The position numbers and the translations under genes were made by a program. Under the pieces are notes generated by a model. The model was not told the origin of the DNA. It made no database searches and saw only the letters and a program-made list of their open reading frames with translations. This document shows, piece by piece, positions 38,128 to 50,441 of a stretch of 64,000 nt of DNA. This stretch comes from an uncultured delta proteobacterium (GTDB lineage: Bacteria; Myxococcota_A; UBA9160; UBA4427): assembly GCA_963822965.1 (NCBI GenBank), contig CAWGJT010000011.1, positions 92,039-156,038 of the forward strand. The letters run 5' to 3'. Numbering within the stretch: the stretch's first letter is position 1; every line of letters begins with the position of its first letter.

Positions 38128-38796
38128 ATGCCGGAACGTACCGCGAGACCCCACTACCAGCGCGCCCGCCGCGAGGCCGAGAAGGCCGAGCGCCGTGGGG
38201 CGATCCTGGCCGCCGCCGGGGCCCTGCTGCGGGCCACCGGCTTCGAGGGCTTCTCCATGTCGGTCCTCGCCCGGAAGGCCGGCGTCGCCAAGGGCACCCT
38301 CTACCTCTACTTCGAGACCCGCGAGGAGGTGCTGCTGGCGCTCTACGTCGAGACGCTGGCTGCCTGGAGCCGGGCGCTCGCGGCCGGGCTGCGGGACGGC
38401 ATGGGCGACGACGAGTTCGTCGCGCTCTTCCAGGAGACGGCCACGGCCGACCCGAACTTCATGACCCTGCGCGCGAGGCTCGAGAGCGTGATCGAGCACA
38501 ATGTGTCGCTCGAGCGGCTGGTGGAGGCGAAGCGCGCGATGCGCAGCCTGGTGGGCGAGCTCGCGCCGCGGGTCGAGCGCGCGCTCGGGCTGGGTCCCGG
38601 CACCGGCGTACGCCTTCTCGTCTCGCTCGGCGCTCTGCAGCTCGGGGCCGAGCAATCGAACACGGGCCCGGCGGTGGCCGGCCTCGACCTGCCCGCCGAC
38701 ATCGCCGAGTTCATGCGGATCCACACCGAGACGGATCTCTTCCGCGAGAACGCGCCCCTGATCGTCGCGGGCATCCGCGCCGCCTCGCGCGCCTGA
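38128..38796 (+). CDS. TetR-family regulator
   Basis: RRGAILAAA..LARKAGVAKGTLYLYF. Confidence 0.92.
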   Translation: MPERTARPHYQRARREAEKAERRGAILAAAGALLRATGFEGFSMSVLARKAGVAKGTLYLYFETREEVLLALYVETLAAWSRALAAGLRDGMGDDEFVALFQETATADPNFMTLRARLESVIEHNVSLERLVEAKRAMRSLVGELAPRVERALGLGPGTGVRLLVSLGALQLGAEQSNTGPAVAGLDLPADIAEFMRIHTETDLFRENAPLIVAGIRAASRA

Positions 38797-38811
38797 GCCC
38801 GGCTCTCGGTG

Positions 38812-39072
38812 CTACTCCTCGCCGACGACGTGCCGGATGCCGTCCTCGTCGTACCAGTACTGGACCAGGGTGCCGTCCGAGCGCTCTTCCTGGATGACGC
38901 GCCCCTCCTCGTCGTAGCGGTAGTCGATCGTCGAGCCGTCGTCGGCAATGGACTGGATCAGCCGGCCCTGGTCGTCGACGATCGTCTCGTCCGCAGCGAG
39001 CGGCGCGGCGAGGACGACGCCTGCGAAGAGGGCGATCCCGATGGAGAGGACGAGGTTTCGAGACGAGGACAC
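38812..39072 (-). CDS. Small secreted YD/RHS-repeat protein (86 aa)
   Basis: GGAGG RBS, signal peptide, DDQGRL / YRYDEEGRV / YWYDEDG. Confidence 0.7.
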   Translation of the reverse strand: MSSSRNLVLSIGIALFAGVVLAAPLAADETIVDDQGRLIQSIADDGSTIDYRYDEEGRVIQEERSDGTLVQYWYDEDGIRHVVGEE

Positions 39073-39089
39073 GATGGAGACCTCCGGAG

Positions 39090-42000
39090 TCAGGGCATCG
39101 AGAGCCAGACGAAGCGGTACGTGTACGTGGAGGAGACGAGGCACTGCTGGCGGCCGAATGCGATGCGGCCCCCGCGAGAGACGCCCATGCGATAGACGCT
39201 GCTCAGGCTGCAATAGGACGGCGAGTAAGCCGCGAGCTGTGCAAACGATGCGACGTCGAAGACGAGGATCTGCCCGTAGTTCGCAGCCACCAGGCGAGTC
39301 GAGTCCGGGTCGAAGGCAACCGCTCTCGGGTAGGCGCCCGTGACCCACTCGCCCCGGTGCGACCCGATGTCGGCGGCGTCGAAGTCGAAGATCGTGTAGC
39401 CCGCGCCGTTGCCGCCGCCCGCCGCGAAAGCGATGTGTGCGCCGTCGTCGGACACCGCCAGATCCTGGCCGTTGCTGGCTGCGCCGACGACCTGCAGCTC
39501 GGTCGAGCCCACGGCGGGCTCGAATCCGTAGCGCGCCAGGACGGAGCTGCCCCTCGCGGCGGTGACCAGCTCGCCTCGGACCGCGTTCCAGCGCATCAGG
39601 TTGCCGCGGACCGGCCAGACACCTACCGGTGTCGGCGCGCCGGCCGCGAGCCAGTAGAGCGCCGAGTCGTATCCGTTTCCCAGCGGGACACCGATGAAGA
39701 GTCCACCGTCCGGCCCCAGGGCCAGGCTGCGCGTCTCCCCGGGCACGGCGACCGTCCGCACGTCGCCCGAGAGCAGGTCGATGACGGCGACCGCCTGCTC
39801 CTCGGCGAGCGCCACGTAGAGCAGCTTGCCCTCGGTGTCGAGCGCGAGGGCTCCGGGTGACGAGGCGAGCGGGTAGATCGCACCGACCCGGCCCGAGATT
39901 GCGTTGGCGACCACGACTCGGTCCTGGCCCGGGTCCGCGTACACGAGCCAGCCGTCGCAGAGAGGCACGAAGTCGTCCGCCTGGCCCACCTCCAGGTACG
40001 CCGCTCGACGCGCCCACCGGAACGACGTCGGAATCGCAGAAGGGCTGATCGGCCGCAACGGGAATCACGTAGCGGAAGTCACAGCCTCCTTCGTCGCCGT
40101 GCCCCGGCAGCTGACACGCGAAGTCGTCGGGGAAGCTGTCGAGGACGAGTCCCGTGGTGCTGTCCGCCTCGTCGTGTCCTTCATTCCAGGCGTCGGGGGC
40201 GCCGTCGCCGTCGCGGTCTGCGGAGGCCGCCGGGTCGAGTCGGGAAGGCGTCTTCGGCGTTCGCCACCCCATCCCCGTCGCCGTCGTCGGAGGGGACGTA
40301 GTCGTGGAAGCTCGGCTGACCGCCGAGCTGCGTCACGACGACGTAGCGGTCGCCGTGGCGCAGCAGGCGCAGCGGTGCGCCCGGCAGGGTCTGGCGGCCA
40401 TAGAGGTTCCAGGCGGCGCTCCACTGCTCGACGATCGTGTCCCCGACGGTGTCCTCCCGGATCGTCACGAGCAGCTCTTCGCCGTAGTCCGCGTCCTCGA
40501 TCCAGTAGGGCAGGGAGGACACCACCTCCAGGCTGATCGCGTCGTACAAGTCGCCGGAGCCCAGCAGGACGTAGGCTCCGTCCGCGGAGACGCGGATCGG
40601 GGGCCGGATCGTGTAGACGCCGTGGTAGGGACTCTCGAGGCTGCCGCCGAGCTCGCCGGTGACCGGATCGATCTGCTGCCAGTAGAGGTCGTTCGGAGAG
40701 AGTCCCGTCCCGGAAGTGGTAGATGCGCGCGTTGACCTCGCTCCAGACGATCTCCCGGGAGTATTGCGCTCCCTCCAGACGAGACGAGCGTTCCGTCTGG
40801 CGCGAAGCTGTGGCGGGTGCCGTCGAACGCCACGACGAACGCGCCGGCGGTCTGCAGGCCCCGGTTGGCACCCTGCGTCCGGACGAAGTCCTGCGCGGAC
40901 AGCGATGGGTCCGCCAGATCGATCTGACGGATCGCCCCGCTCTTGTCGTACGCCATGTAGAGGCGATCGTTCTGCGCCGAGTAGGCGAACCGTCGCACGT
41001 CGCGCCCGGTGGGGATCGGGTTCAGGGGATAGCCCTCGGCCAGGGACCAGCGGTAGATCCGCTCGTTCTCCACGCTGAGGAGGTAGATCACCCCTTCCTC
41101 GTCGATCTCGATGCGGTCCGGCGCGTAGGAAGGCACGGCATTGGCGATGTCGCAGCGTCAGCGGGTCGTGCGGCAGGGCGTCTTCCGGCAGCTGGCAGGC
41201 CGAATCGAAGGGGAACGCGTCGAGCACGAGCCCCGTGGTGCTGTCGGCTTCGCCGTAGCCGTCGTTCCAGGCGTCCGGGGCGCCGTCGTGGTCCGAATCC
41301 ACGGACGCCGCCGGGTCGAGCGGGAAGGCGTCCTCGCGGCTCGGGACGCCGTCGCCGTCCCCGTCGTCGTTGCGGGTGTAGCGGGCGAAGGCCGGCTGCC
41401 CGCCGACCTCGGTGACCACCGCTACCTCGTCGCCGAAGAGCAGCAGGCGCAGGGGGTCGCCCGGGAAGGCCTGGATGTTCTCGAGGCGGAGGTTCGCGTC
41501 CCACTGCTCCAGCAGGCTGCCGCCCGCGCCGTCGCCGCGCAGGGTGACGAGCGCGCCGCTGCCGTCGTCGAGCCACTGGGCGGCGTCGAACTCGATCGGG
41601 AGCGACTCCAGGATCTCCAGGCTGTGCGCATCGTAGACGTCGCCCGACCCGAGGATCACCCGCGTCCCGTCCGGTGAGACGCGGATCGGCGGCCGGATCG
41701 TGTAGTCCCCGTGATAGGGGGTCTCCATGGCGTCGCCGATCTCGCCCGTCACGGGATCGATCTGCTCCCAGTAGAGGTCGTTCGGCGAGCTGCTGTCCCG
41801 GAAGTAGTAGATGCGCGCGTTCACCTCGCTCCAGGCGATGTCCCGGGACAGGTAGTTCCATTCGACCGAGGAGATGGGCGTGCCGTCCGGCGCGAAGGTG
41901 TGGTGGCTGTCCCAGGCGCCGCTCGGATCGACGGCCACCACGAAGGCGCCAGCGGTCTGCAGCCCCAGATTCGCCTGGGGAGTGGCCCCGAAGGCCTGCT

Positions 42001-45000
42001 CGCGCAGGGCCGGGTCCGCGAGGTCGATCTGTCGGATCTCCCCGCTCTCGTACGCGGTGTACAGGCGATGGTTCGGCGCCGAGTAGGCGATCTGTCGCAC
42101 GTCGCGCCCGGTGGAGATCGGGTTCAGGTGATAGCCCTCGGCCAGGGACCAGCGGTAGATCTGCTCGTTCTCCACGCTGAGGAGATAGATCACCCCTTCT
42201 TCGTCGATCTCGATGCGATCGGGCGCGTAGGGGGGCACGGCGTTGGCGATGTCGCAGGTCAGCGGGTCGTCCGGCAGGGCGTGCTCCGGAAGCTGGCAGG
42301 CCGAATCGAAGGGGAACGCGTCGAGCACGAGCCCCGTGGTGCTGTCGGCCTCCCCGTAGCCGTCGTTCCAGGCGTCCGGGGCGCCGTCGTTGTCCGAATC
42401 GACGGACGCCGCCGGGTCGAGCGGGAAGGCGTCCTCGCTGCTCGGGACGCCATCGCCGTCCCCGTCGTCCGTGGGCACGTAGAGGCTCACGACCGGCCGC
42501 CCGTCGATCATCGTGACGATCGCCACCTCGTCGTCGAAGAGGAGAGCGCGCAGCGGCGTCCCCTCGAAGGCCTGGAGGTTCTCGAGGCGCAGGTCCGCGT
42601 CCCACTGCTCCAGCCGGCTGGCGCCCGCGCCGTCGTCGCGCAGGGTGACCAGCGCGCCGCTGCCGTCGTCGAGCCACTGGGCGGCGTCGAACTCGATCGG
42701 GAGCGAGTCCAGGATCTCGAGGCTGAGCGCGTCGTACACGTCGCCCGAGCCGAGGATCACCCGCGCCCCGTCCGGCGAGACCCGGATCGGGGGTCGGATC
42801 ACGTAATCCCCATGATAGGGGGTCTCCATGGCGTCGCCGATCGCGCCCGTCACCGGATCGATCTGCTCCCAGTAGAGATCGTTCGGCGAGCTGCCGTCGC
42901 GGAAGTAGTAGATGCGCGCATTCGCCTCGCTCCACGCGATGTGGAAAGAGTACGGATATCGGGGCACCGAGGAGACCGGGGTGCCGTCCGGCGCGAAGAC
43001 GTTGTGGCTCCGTCGATCGATGGAGACCAGGAAGCGACCGGCGGCCTGCAGGGACATGCTGTAATCGGGGGTCGATGCGAAGTCCTGCTCGGCCAGCGCC
43101 GGGTTCGAGACGTCGATCTGGTGGATCGTTCCGCTCTGGTACGAGACGTAGAGGCGACCGTTCTCCGACGACCAGGCGATCTGCCGGGCAGCGGGCCCGA
43201 TGTGGATCGGCTTCAGGTAGTAGCCCTCGACCAGCGACCAGCGGTCGACGCGTTCGTTCTCCCCACTGAGGAAGTAGAGGACGCCGTCTTCGTCGATCTC
43301 GGTGTCGACCGGCGTGTAGGCGGGGACGCCGTGGACGTAGTCGCAGGCCGCCGGGTCGCCGGGGCGCGCATGCTCGGGCAGCTGGCACTCCACGTCGAAG
43401 GGGAAGGCATCGAGCGTGAGCCCGGTGGTGCTGTCGCTCTCGTCACGACCGTCGTTCCAGGCGTCCGGGTAGCCGTCGCCGTCCGAGTCGAGGGCCGCTG
43501 CCGGGTCGAACGGGAAGGCGTCCTCGTCGTTCGGCACGCCGTCGGCGTCCCCGTCGTCGCTGCGGGTGTAGGAAGCGAAGGCCGGCTGCCCGCCGACCTC
43601 GGTGACCACCGCGACCTCGTCTCCGAAGAGCAGCAGGCGCAGGGGGTCGCCCGGGAAGTCCTGGACGTTCTCGAGCCTCAGGTCCGGGCCCCACTGCTCG
43701 AGGACGCTGCCTCCCGCGCCGTCGCCGCGCAGGGTCACGAGCGCGCCGCTTCCGTCGTCCAGCCACTGGGCCGCGTCGAAGTCGATCGGCAGCGTCTGCA
43801 GGGGCTGCATGCTGATCGCGTCGTAGACGTGCCCCGAGCCCTCGACCATCCGGGCCCCATCCGGCGAGACGCGAACCGGGCCGTGCAGCGCGTTTGAAGA
43901 GCCATAGGGCGTCTGGTAGTAGCCGCCGAGGCTGCCCGTCGACGCATCGATCTGTCGCGCGTAGATCTGCCGTGGAGTATACGAGTCGGGGACGTAGTAG
44001 ATGCGGGAGTTCGCGGCGCTCCAGGTGATCTCCTTCGACGCGGAGATCGAGTAGCTCGAGTAGGCGGGCGTTCCATCCGGTGCGAAGGTGCGCTGCACGT
44101 TGCCCGGCACGACCGCGAACACGTAGGCTCCGACCGTCTGGAGCGCGAGCGTCTGGCCCGACGCGGCGAAGGGCTGCTCGGCGAGGGACGGGTCCGCGGG
44201 ATCGATCTGCCGGATGCCAGCGCGGTCGTAGGCCGTGTAGAGACGGCCGTTCACCGGGGAGTAGGCGATCTCGACCACTCCCGGTCCCACGGCGATCGGG
44301 TTCAGGTGATAGTCCTCGACCAGCGACCAACGGAAGATCTTCTCGTTCTCGGAGCTCAGCAGATAGACGACCCCGTCGTCGTCGATCTCGATCCGGTCCG
44401 GGGTGTACGCCGGGACGCCGTTCGCGATGTCGCAGGTGTCCGGATCGTCTGCCCGTGCGTGCTCGGGAAGCTGGCACGCCGAGTCGTACGGAAAGGCGTC
44501 GATCGTGAGGCCCGTCGTGCTGTCGGCCTGGCCGTAGCCGTCGTTCCAGGCGTCGGGGGAGCCGTCGCCGTCCGAGTCCAGGGATGCCGCCACGTCCAGC
44601 GGGAAGGCATCCTCGCGGGCCGGCACGCCGTCGCCGTCCCCATCGTCCGTGGGCACGTAGCTCGCAAAGACGGGCCTTCCGAGGGTCGTGGTGAGAACGG
44701 CCACCTCGTCGCCGTCGAGGAGCAGGCGCCACGGACTGCCTTCGAAGCTCCGCGTGTTCACGAGCCGCAGGTCCGCGTCCCACTGCTCGAGGATGCTGGA
44801 GGCGAGCCGCGCAACGTCACGAGCGATGCCGTCCTCGAGCCACACGGCATCCGTCACCGCGGTGGGCAGCGAGCCGACGAGGTCGAAGGTGGCCGCATCG
44901 AAAACGTCGCCGGACCCGACGAGGATGCGGGCGCCGTCGGGCGACACGCGGCGCGGATCGGACGCCACGCTCGCCAGGTATCGGCTGGTGTTGGTGGAGG

Positions 45001-47962
45001 GGAGGAACTCTCCGGTCGTCGTGTCGACCCGGATCGATCCCAACGTCGTCGTGCCGGAGGCGTAGTACATGCGTTCGGTGGCCGGGCTCCACTCCAGACC
45101 GCCCGCCCCGTACAGAGCGAAGGCTCGAGACCGTCGTCCCGCCCGCATCCACGCTGTAGTAGACCGGGTCGCGCGCGTAGACGCCCAGCGCCAGCAGGTA
45201 TTCGCCGGCCACCTCGAGCTCGCGATTCTCTCGGATCCCGGCCGCGAAGAACGTCTCCGAAGGCAGCGCCGCGGTGACGTCGATCTCGGCGATGGTATCG
45301 ACGGCGTGGGATACGAAGAGCCGCTGGCGGGTCGGCGAGTAGACCATCTGGCGTGCGCCCGGTGCGATCGGGATCGGGTTCAGATCCCGGCCGTCCCGGA
45401 GGGACCAACGGAAGATCCGGTCGTACCATGGGATTGAGCAGGTACACGATCCCGTTCTCGTCGACGTCGACGTCGCCCCAGCCGTAGTGCGCCTGCATCC
45501 GACCGGCGACGTCGCAGGTCGTGGGGTCGCCGGGGAGCGCGTGCTCGGCCAGCTGGCAGGCGGAGTCCTCCGGGAACTCGTCGAGCACGAGGCCGGTGGT
45601 GCTGTCTTCTGCCTGGTGGCCCGGATTCCAGGCATCGGGGGCCCCGTCTCCATCCGCGTCGAGCGAGGCGGCGGGGTCGAGGGGGAACGCGTCGTCGGCA
45701 AACGGCACACCGTCGCCATCGCCGTCGTCCGTGGGCGCGTAGACGAAGAAGGCGGGCCTGCCGTCGACGCGGGTCACGACGACGAAGCGGGCGCCGTAGG
45801 GCAGGACGCGCAGCGGGGTGCCTTCGAAGAGCTGCACGTTCTCGAGCTGGCGCGCGCTGTTCCACTGCTCCAGGCGCGTTCCGCCGCCGGAGTCGGCGCG
45901 AAGCGTGACCAGGCTGCCGCTGCCGTCGGCGAGCCACTGCCCCGCGTCGAAGGGCACGCCGAGGGTCCCCACGACCTGCAGATCGATCGCATCGTAGACG
46001 TCACCCGAGCCCAGGACCACGTACGCCCCGTCCGGCGAGACCCGAATGGGCGGACGAATGGCGAAGTCGCCGTGATAGGGGCTGTCCGCACCGGAACCGA
46101 TGACGCCGAAGGCCGCATCGATCTCCTCCCACTGGAGGTCGTTCGGGGACGTGCCGTCCCGGAAGTAGTACATCCGTCCGTTGGCGGGACTCCAGGCGAG
46201 CTCTCGCGAGTACTCGTTCCAGTCGACGGCCGAGATCTGGGTGCCCTCGGGCGAGAAGGTGTAGTGGGTGTTCCAGGAGCCGCTGGGATCGATCGCGAAG
46301 ACGAACGGACCCACGCTCTGGAGGCCCAGATTGCCCTGGGGCGTCACGGCGAACCGCGTCTCCGCGAGCCTCGGGTCCTGCGGGTCGATCCGGCGGATCT
46401 GTCCGCTCGCGTACGCGGTGTAGAGACGGGCGTTGGAGTCGGACCAGGCGATCTGCACGATCCCGTCTGCGGTGGGGATCGGGTCGAGGTCGCCCTCTTC
46501 CGGGGCCGACCAGCGGAAGATCCGATCGTTCGTGCGACTCAGCAGGTAGACCACGCCGTCCCCGTCGATCTCGATCCGGTCCGGCACGTACTCCGGGACG
46601 CGCCCCGCGACGTCGCACGCCGTGGGGTCGTCCGGAAGGCCGTGCTCCGGGAGCTGGCACATCGAGTCGAACGGGAAGGCGTCGAGCGTGAGTCCGGTCG
46701 TGCTGTCGGCCTCGTCGTAGCCCTCGTTCCAGGCGTCCGGGGCGCCGTCGCCGTCGGAGTCCAGCGAGGCCGCCGGATCGAGGGGGAAGCCGTCGGCGGC
46801 GGTGGGGACGCCATCCCCGTCGCCGTCGTCGGTCGGCCGATAGAGATGGAAGTGGAGCACGTCCTCGATCTCGGTCACCACCACGATCCCGGCCGCGCCC
46901 GCGAGCACGCGGAGCGGTCGTCCCGGGAGCTCCTGGACGTTGTAGAGAAGGTGATCGGCGTCCCAGTGCTCGAGTCGGGCGGCGCCCCGCTCGGACCGCA
47001 ACGTGAGCAGCTCGCCGCCCGGCAGCCAGGCCGCGTCGAGGGGCTCCAGCCCGATCGAATCCACGAGCGTGAGGTCGGACCCGGCGTAGAGGTTGCCGGA
47101 CCCCAGCATCACGAGCCCGCCGTCGCGCGAGACCCGGATGGGCGGCGTCGATGACATAGGCGCCGTGATAGGGGCTCTCGATCTCGCTCGAGATCGCACC
47201 GGTCGAGGGATCGAGCGCGAACGACTGGATGTCGTTCGGACCGATACCGTCGCGAAAGTAGTAGTAGCGACCGCTCGACGGGCTGAACGCGTAGTCCCGC
47301 GAGCTTCCCGACCTGGCGCGAACGCTGCCCGCGACCCGCCCGTCCCGCCGGAAGGTTTCGTGGTAGGCGTCGACGGTGGCGACGAAGAGGTAGTCGCCCA
47401 TCATCTTCATGCCGGCGGGCGTCGATCGCGCCGTCGCGAACCCGGTCTCGGCGACGGGAACGGCGGCGTCGATCCGGGTCAGGCTGCCGTCGCCATAGGC
47501 GACGTAGAGGGTCTCGGTCTCGGCGTCGACCGCGATGTAGCGCGCGTTCGACCCGATCGCGATGGGCTTCAGCTCCCGCCGCGCCGCAGGCGAGAAGCGC
47601 AGGATCCGGCTCGTCTGCGCCGAGAGGACGTAGACCGTTCCGTCTCCGCCGAGCGCGGCGTCGTCGACGTCGTAGGCCGGGGTTCCCGGCTCGAAGAGGA
47701 CCTCTCCGTAGTGCTCGTAGACGAGGTCGAAGTCGTCGGCGTCGACGCTGCCGCTGTGATCGACGTCAGCGCGTTGGCAACGCGAGTCGGTGTCGGCGTC
47801 GGCACCCATCCCCATGCAGGTCGCGATCAACGTCACGTCGAGGATGTCGACGTAGCCGTCGTAGTTCACGTCCGCCCGCTCGGCGGGGATCGAACATCCG
47901 AGCGCGTAGAGCAGGATCAGCCCGATCGCGAAGCGCGAGCGGCAGGAAGGCACCCGATCCAT
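39090..47962 (-). CDS. Giant repetitive surface protein (~2,950 aa): dockerin + 7 x (propeller-like unit + TSP3-like acidic linker) + C-terminal propeller; multiple frameshifts
   Basis: Overlapping ORFs 46001-48106, 44854-47199, 44817-45719, 40181-45148, 40465-41136, 38812-40272 and 39090-40058 hand over one repeated sequence. Signal/lipobox LYALGC at the N-terminus. Confidence 0.8.
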
Positions 47963-48104
47963 GCGCGTCCTCCGGCGGGGAGTCTTCCCCGACAGCTCGG
48001 AAGCGAGAGGGGGTGGCTCGCCGGCTCGGGCCATAGCTTGACCGGAAGCCGCCCTCGATTCAAGGAGCTTGTCACGGGATGGCGATTTCTGAGATGATGG
48101 CACC

Positions 48105-48686
48105 ATGACCCCTTCCCGGATCGCTCTCGCCGCTCAGGTTCTGGTGTCAACCCTTCTTGCGGCCCCCGTCTGGGGGATGCCGGTCCTGTCGCTCGATCTC
48201 GACCCGTCCACGGCGGGCATTCAATCGAGCCTGGAGCTGGCGGTCGGTGCCACCTTCGCGGTCGACCTGGTCCTGAGCGACCTCGCGGGCGAGCAGGTGC
48301 AGGCGTATCAGGCAGCGCTGGGCTTCGACGCCTCGATCCTCGAGGCCCTGGGTGCCGGGGACGGCGGACTGCTGCCGCCCACCGTCGTGGAGCTCGAGGA
48401 GAGCGTCGAGCTCGGCGGGATCCGCTTCGCGGTGGTCTCCACCGACCCGGCCGGCACGTCCTCGAACGGTGTGCTCGCGAGCTTCGAGCTGCGAGCCATC
48501 GGGGAAGGAACGACCTCGTTGGAGCTGGCCGACGCGTTGCTGGTCGCGCCGTTCGGCATCCCGTTGCCCATCGCGGACGTTCGCGGTGGTACCGTGACGG
48601 CCGTGGTCCCCGAGCCCGGCGCGGTGATGCTCTTCGCCGCCGGCTTCCTGGTCTTCGGCGTGAGGCGCCGCACGCTGGCACGCTGA
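48105..48686 (+). CDS. Cohesin-like domain protein with PEP-CTERM tail
   Basis: Signal peptide; VGATFAVDL..AYQAALGFDASIL..GVLASFELRAIGEGTTSLEL; VPEPGAVMLF..RRR. Confidence 0.78.
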   Translation: MTPSRIALAAQVLVSTLLAAPVWGMPVLSLDLDPSTAGIQSSLELAVGATFAVDLVLSDLAGEQVQAYQAALGFDASILEALGAGDGGLLPPTVVELEESVELGGIRFAVVSTDPAGTSSNGVLASFELRAIGEGTTSLELADALLVAPFGIPLPIADVRGGTVTAVVPEPGAVMLFAAGFLVFGVRRRTLAR

Positions 48687-48749
48687 GCCCCGCCCGAAGC
48701 CCGTGGAGGCCGAGGTCGAGGGACGCGGTCCCCGGCCGGATCGGATTCG

Positions 48750-49591
48750 TCAGTCGAGATCGCTGGCGCTGTGGCGCTCCGGCACGCGCAGCTCTTCGGG
48801 GCCCCAGGCCTTGTTGACGCGCTGGCCCCGCCGCACCGCGGGCCGCTCCTGGATCTCCGACGCCCATCGCACGACGTGCGCGTACGAGGTCACGTCGAGG
48901 AACTCCCCCGCCTCGTAGAGCTTGCCCTGCACCAGGGCGCCGTACCACGGGAAGGTGGCCATGTCGGCGATCGTGTACTCGTCGCCGCGCGAGGAAGCTT
49001 CGCTCGGCGAGGTTGCGGTCGAGCACGTCGAGCTGACGCTTCACCTCCATCGCGAAGCGGTTGATCGGATACTCGAGCTTCTCGGGCGCGTAGGCGTAGA
49101 AGTGGCCGAAGCCGCCTCCCAGGTACGGGGCGCTGCCCATCTGCCAGAAGAGCCAGGACATGCACTCCGCTCGCGGGGACGGGTCGTGGGGAAGGAACGC
49201 GTCGAACTTCTCGGCCAGGTAGACCAGGATCGCTCCGGACTCGAACACGCGGGTCGGGGGCGAGGTGCCGCGATCGAGCAGGGCCGGGATCTTGGAGTTG
49301 GGGTTGATCGCCGACGAAGCCGCTTCCGAACTGCTCGCCCTCGCCGATGTTGACCAGCCAGGCGTCGTACTCGGCGGCCTTGCCGAGGGCCAGCAGCTCC
49401 TCCAGGAGCACCGTGACCTTCACGCCGTTGGGCGTCGCCAGGGAATAGAGCTGCAGCGGGTGCTCGCCGACCGGCAGCTCCTTCTCGTGGGTGGGTCCCG
49501 CGATCGGGCGATTGATCTTGGCGAAGCGCCCACCGCTCTCGGCGTCCCATTTCCAGACCTTCGGGGGCGTATAGGAGGGTGCGTCGGTCAC
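48750..49591 (-). CDS. yghU: Glutathione-dependent disulfide oxidoreductase (GST family), two frameshifts
   Basis: YTPPKVWKW, INRPIAG, YSLATPNGVK, FESGAIL, GGGFGHFYAYAP, ERHSASD; shifts near 49310 and 48990. Confidence 0.88.
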
Positions 49592-49958
49592 GGAATCGTC
49601 CCCCGGCTGCTCATGTGGAAGTGGCGGCGGAGGATAGTCGGCCAGCCCATGCCGGCACCCGGGCTCCGATCGGCCGCGTAGGCTTTCGATTCGGAAGTAT
49701 AGGCTTCTCTTTTGGGAGCTACATGATAGCTTGCCGACTCGATGGAAGCCCTTGGCCATCCGCAGCTCTGTCCCATCGCCCGGGCTGCCGAGATTCTCGG
49801 TTCTCGGTGGGCGCTTCCGATCCTGCGCGAGCTCTTCATCGGGCCGCAGCACTTTCGCGGATAGCCCGGAGACCGGGGAGAAGGACGCCCGCCTCCTCAT
49901 CGCGGCGGAGCCGGAAGGCGGTCGACCACGGGGTTCGGGGACGACAGGGAGGGGCTCG

Positions 49959-50441
49959 ATGACCCGATTCACGCTCAACGGCGAGGTGCAGGACCTGGAC
50001 GTGGACCCGAGCACGCCGCTGCTCTGGGTGTTGCGCGATTCCCTGGGGCTCTCGGGAACGAAGTTCGGCTGCGGCATCGGGCTTTGTGGCGCCTGCACCG
50101 TGCACGTCGACGGTCGGGCGACGCGGACCTGTGTCCTGCCCCTGTCCGCCGTCGCCGACCGCTCGGTCACCACCATCGAGGGACTGTCGCCGGACGGGAC
50201 GCACCCCGTCCAGCAGGCCTGGTCCGAGCAGAACGTCCCCCAGTGCGGCTACTGCCAGAGCGGCCAGGTCATGGCGGCCTCGGCCCTGCTCTCCGAGAAC
50301 CCGACGCCCAGCGACGCCGACATCGACCGCGCGATGACCAACATCTGCCGGTGTGGAACCTACGGACGGATCCGGAAGGCGATCCATCGAGCCGCGGCGC
50401 TCTCCTCCGACGCTGCGATGGACGAGGAAGCCCGGTCGTGA
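49959..50441 (+). CDS. iorA: Isoquinoline 1-oxidoreductase-type alpha subunit (2x[2Fe-2S])
   Basis: [32 protein letters not shown]. Confidence 0.9.
   Translation: MTRFTLNGEVQDLDVDPSTPLLWVLRDSLGLSGTKFGCGIGLCGACTVHVDGRATRTCVLPLSAVADRSVTTIEGLSPDGTHPVQQAWSEQNVPQCGYCQSGQVMAASALLSENPTPSDADIDRAMTNICRCGTYGRIRKAIHRAAALSSDAAMDEEARS

Noticed and set aside
41160..43800. Near-identical repeats as a DGR template/variable pair
   Set aside because: They are in-frame coding modules, differences are not confined to adenines, and there is no reverse transcriptase in the window.
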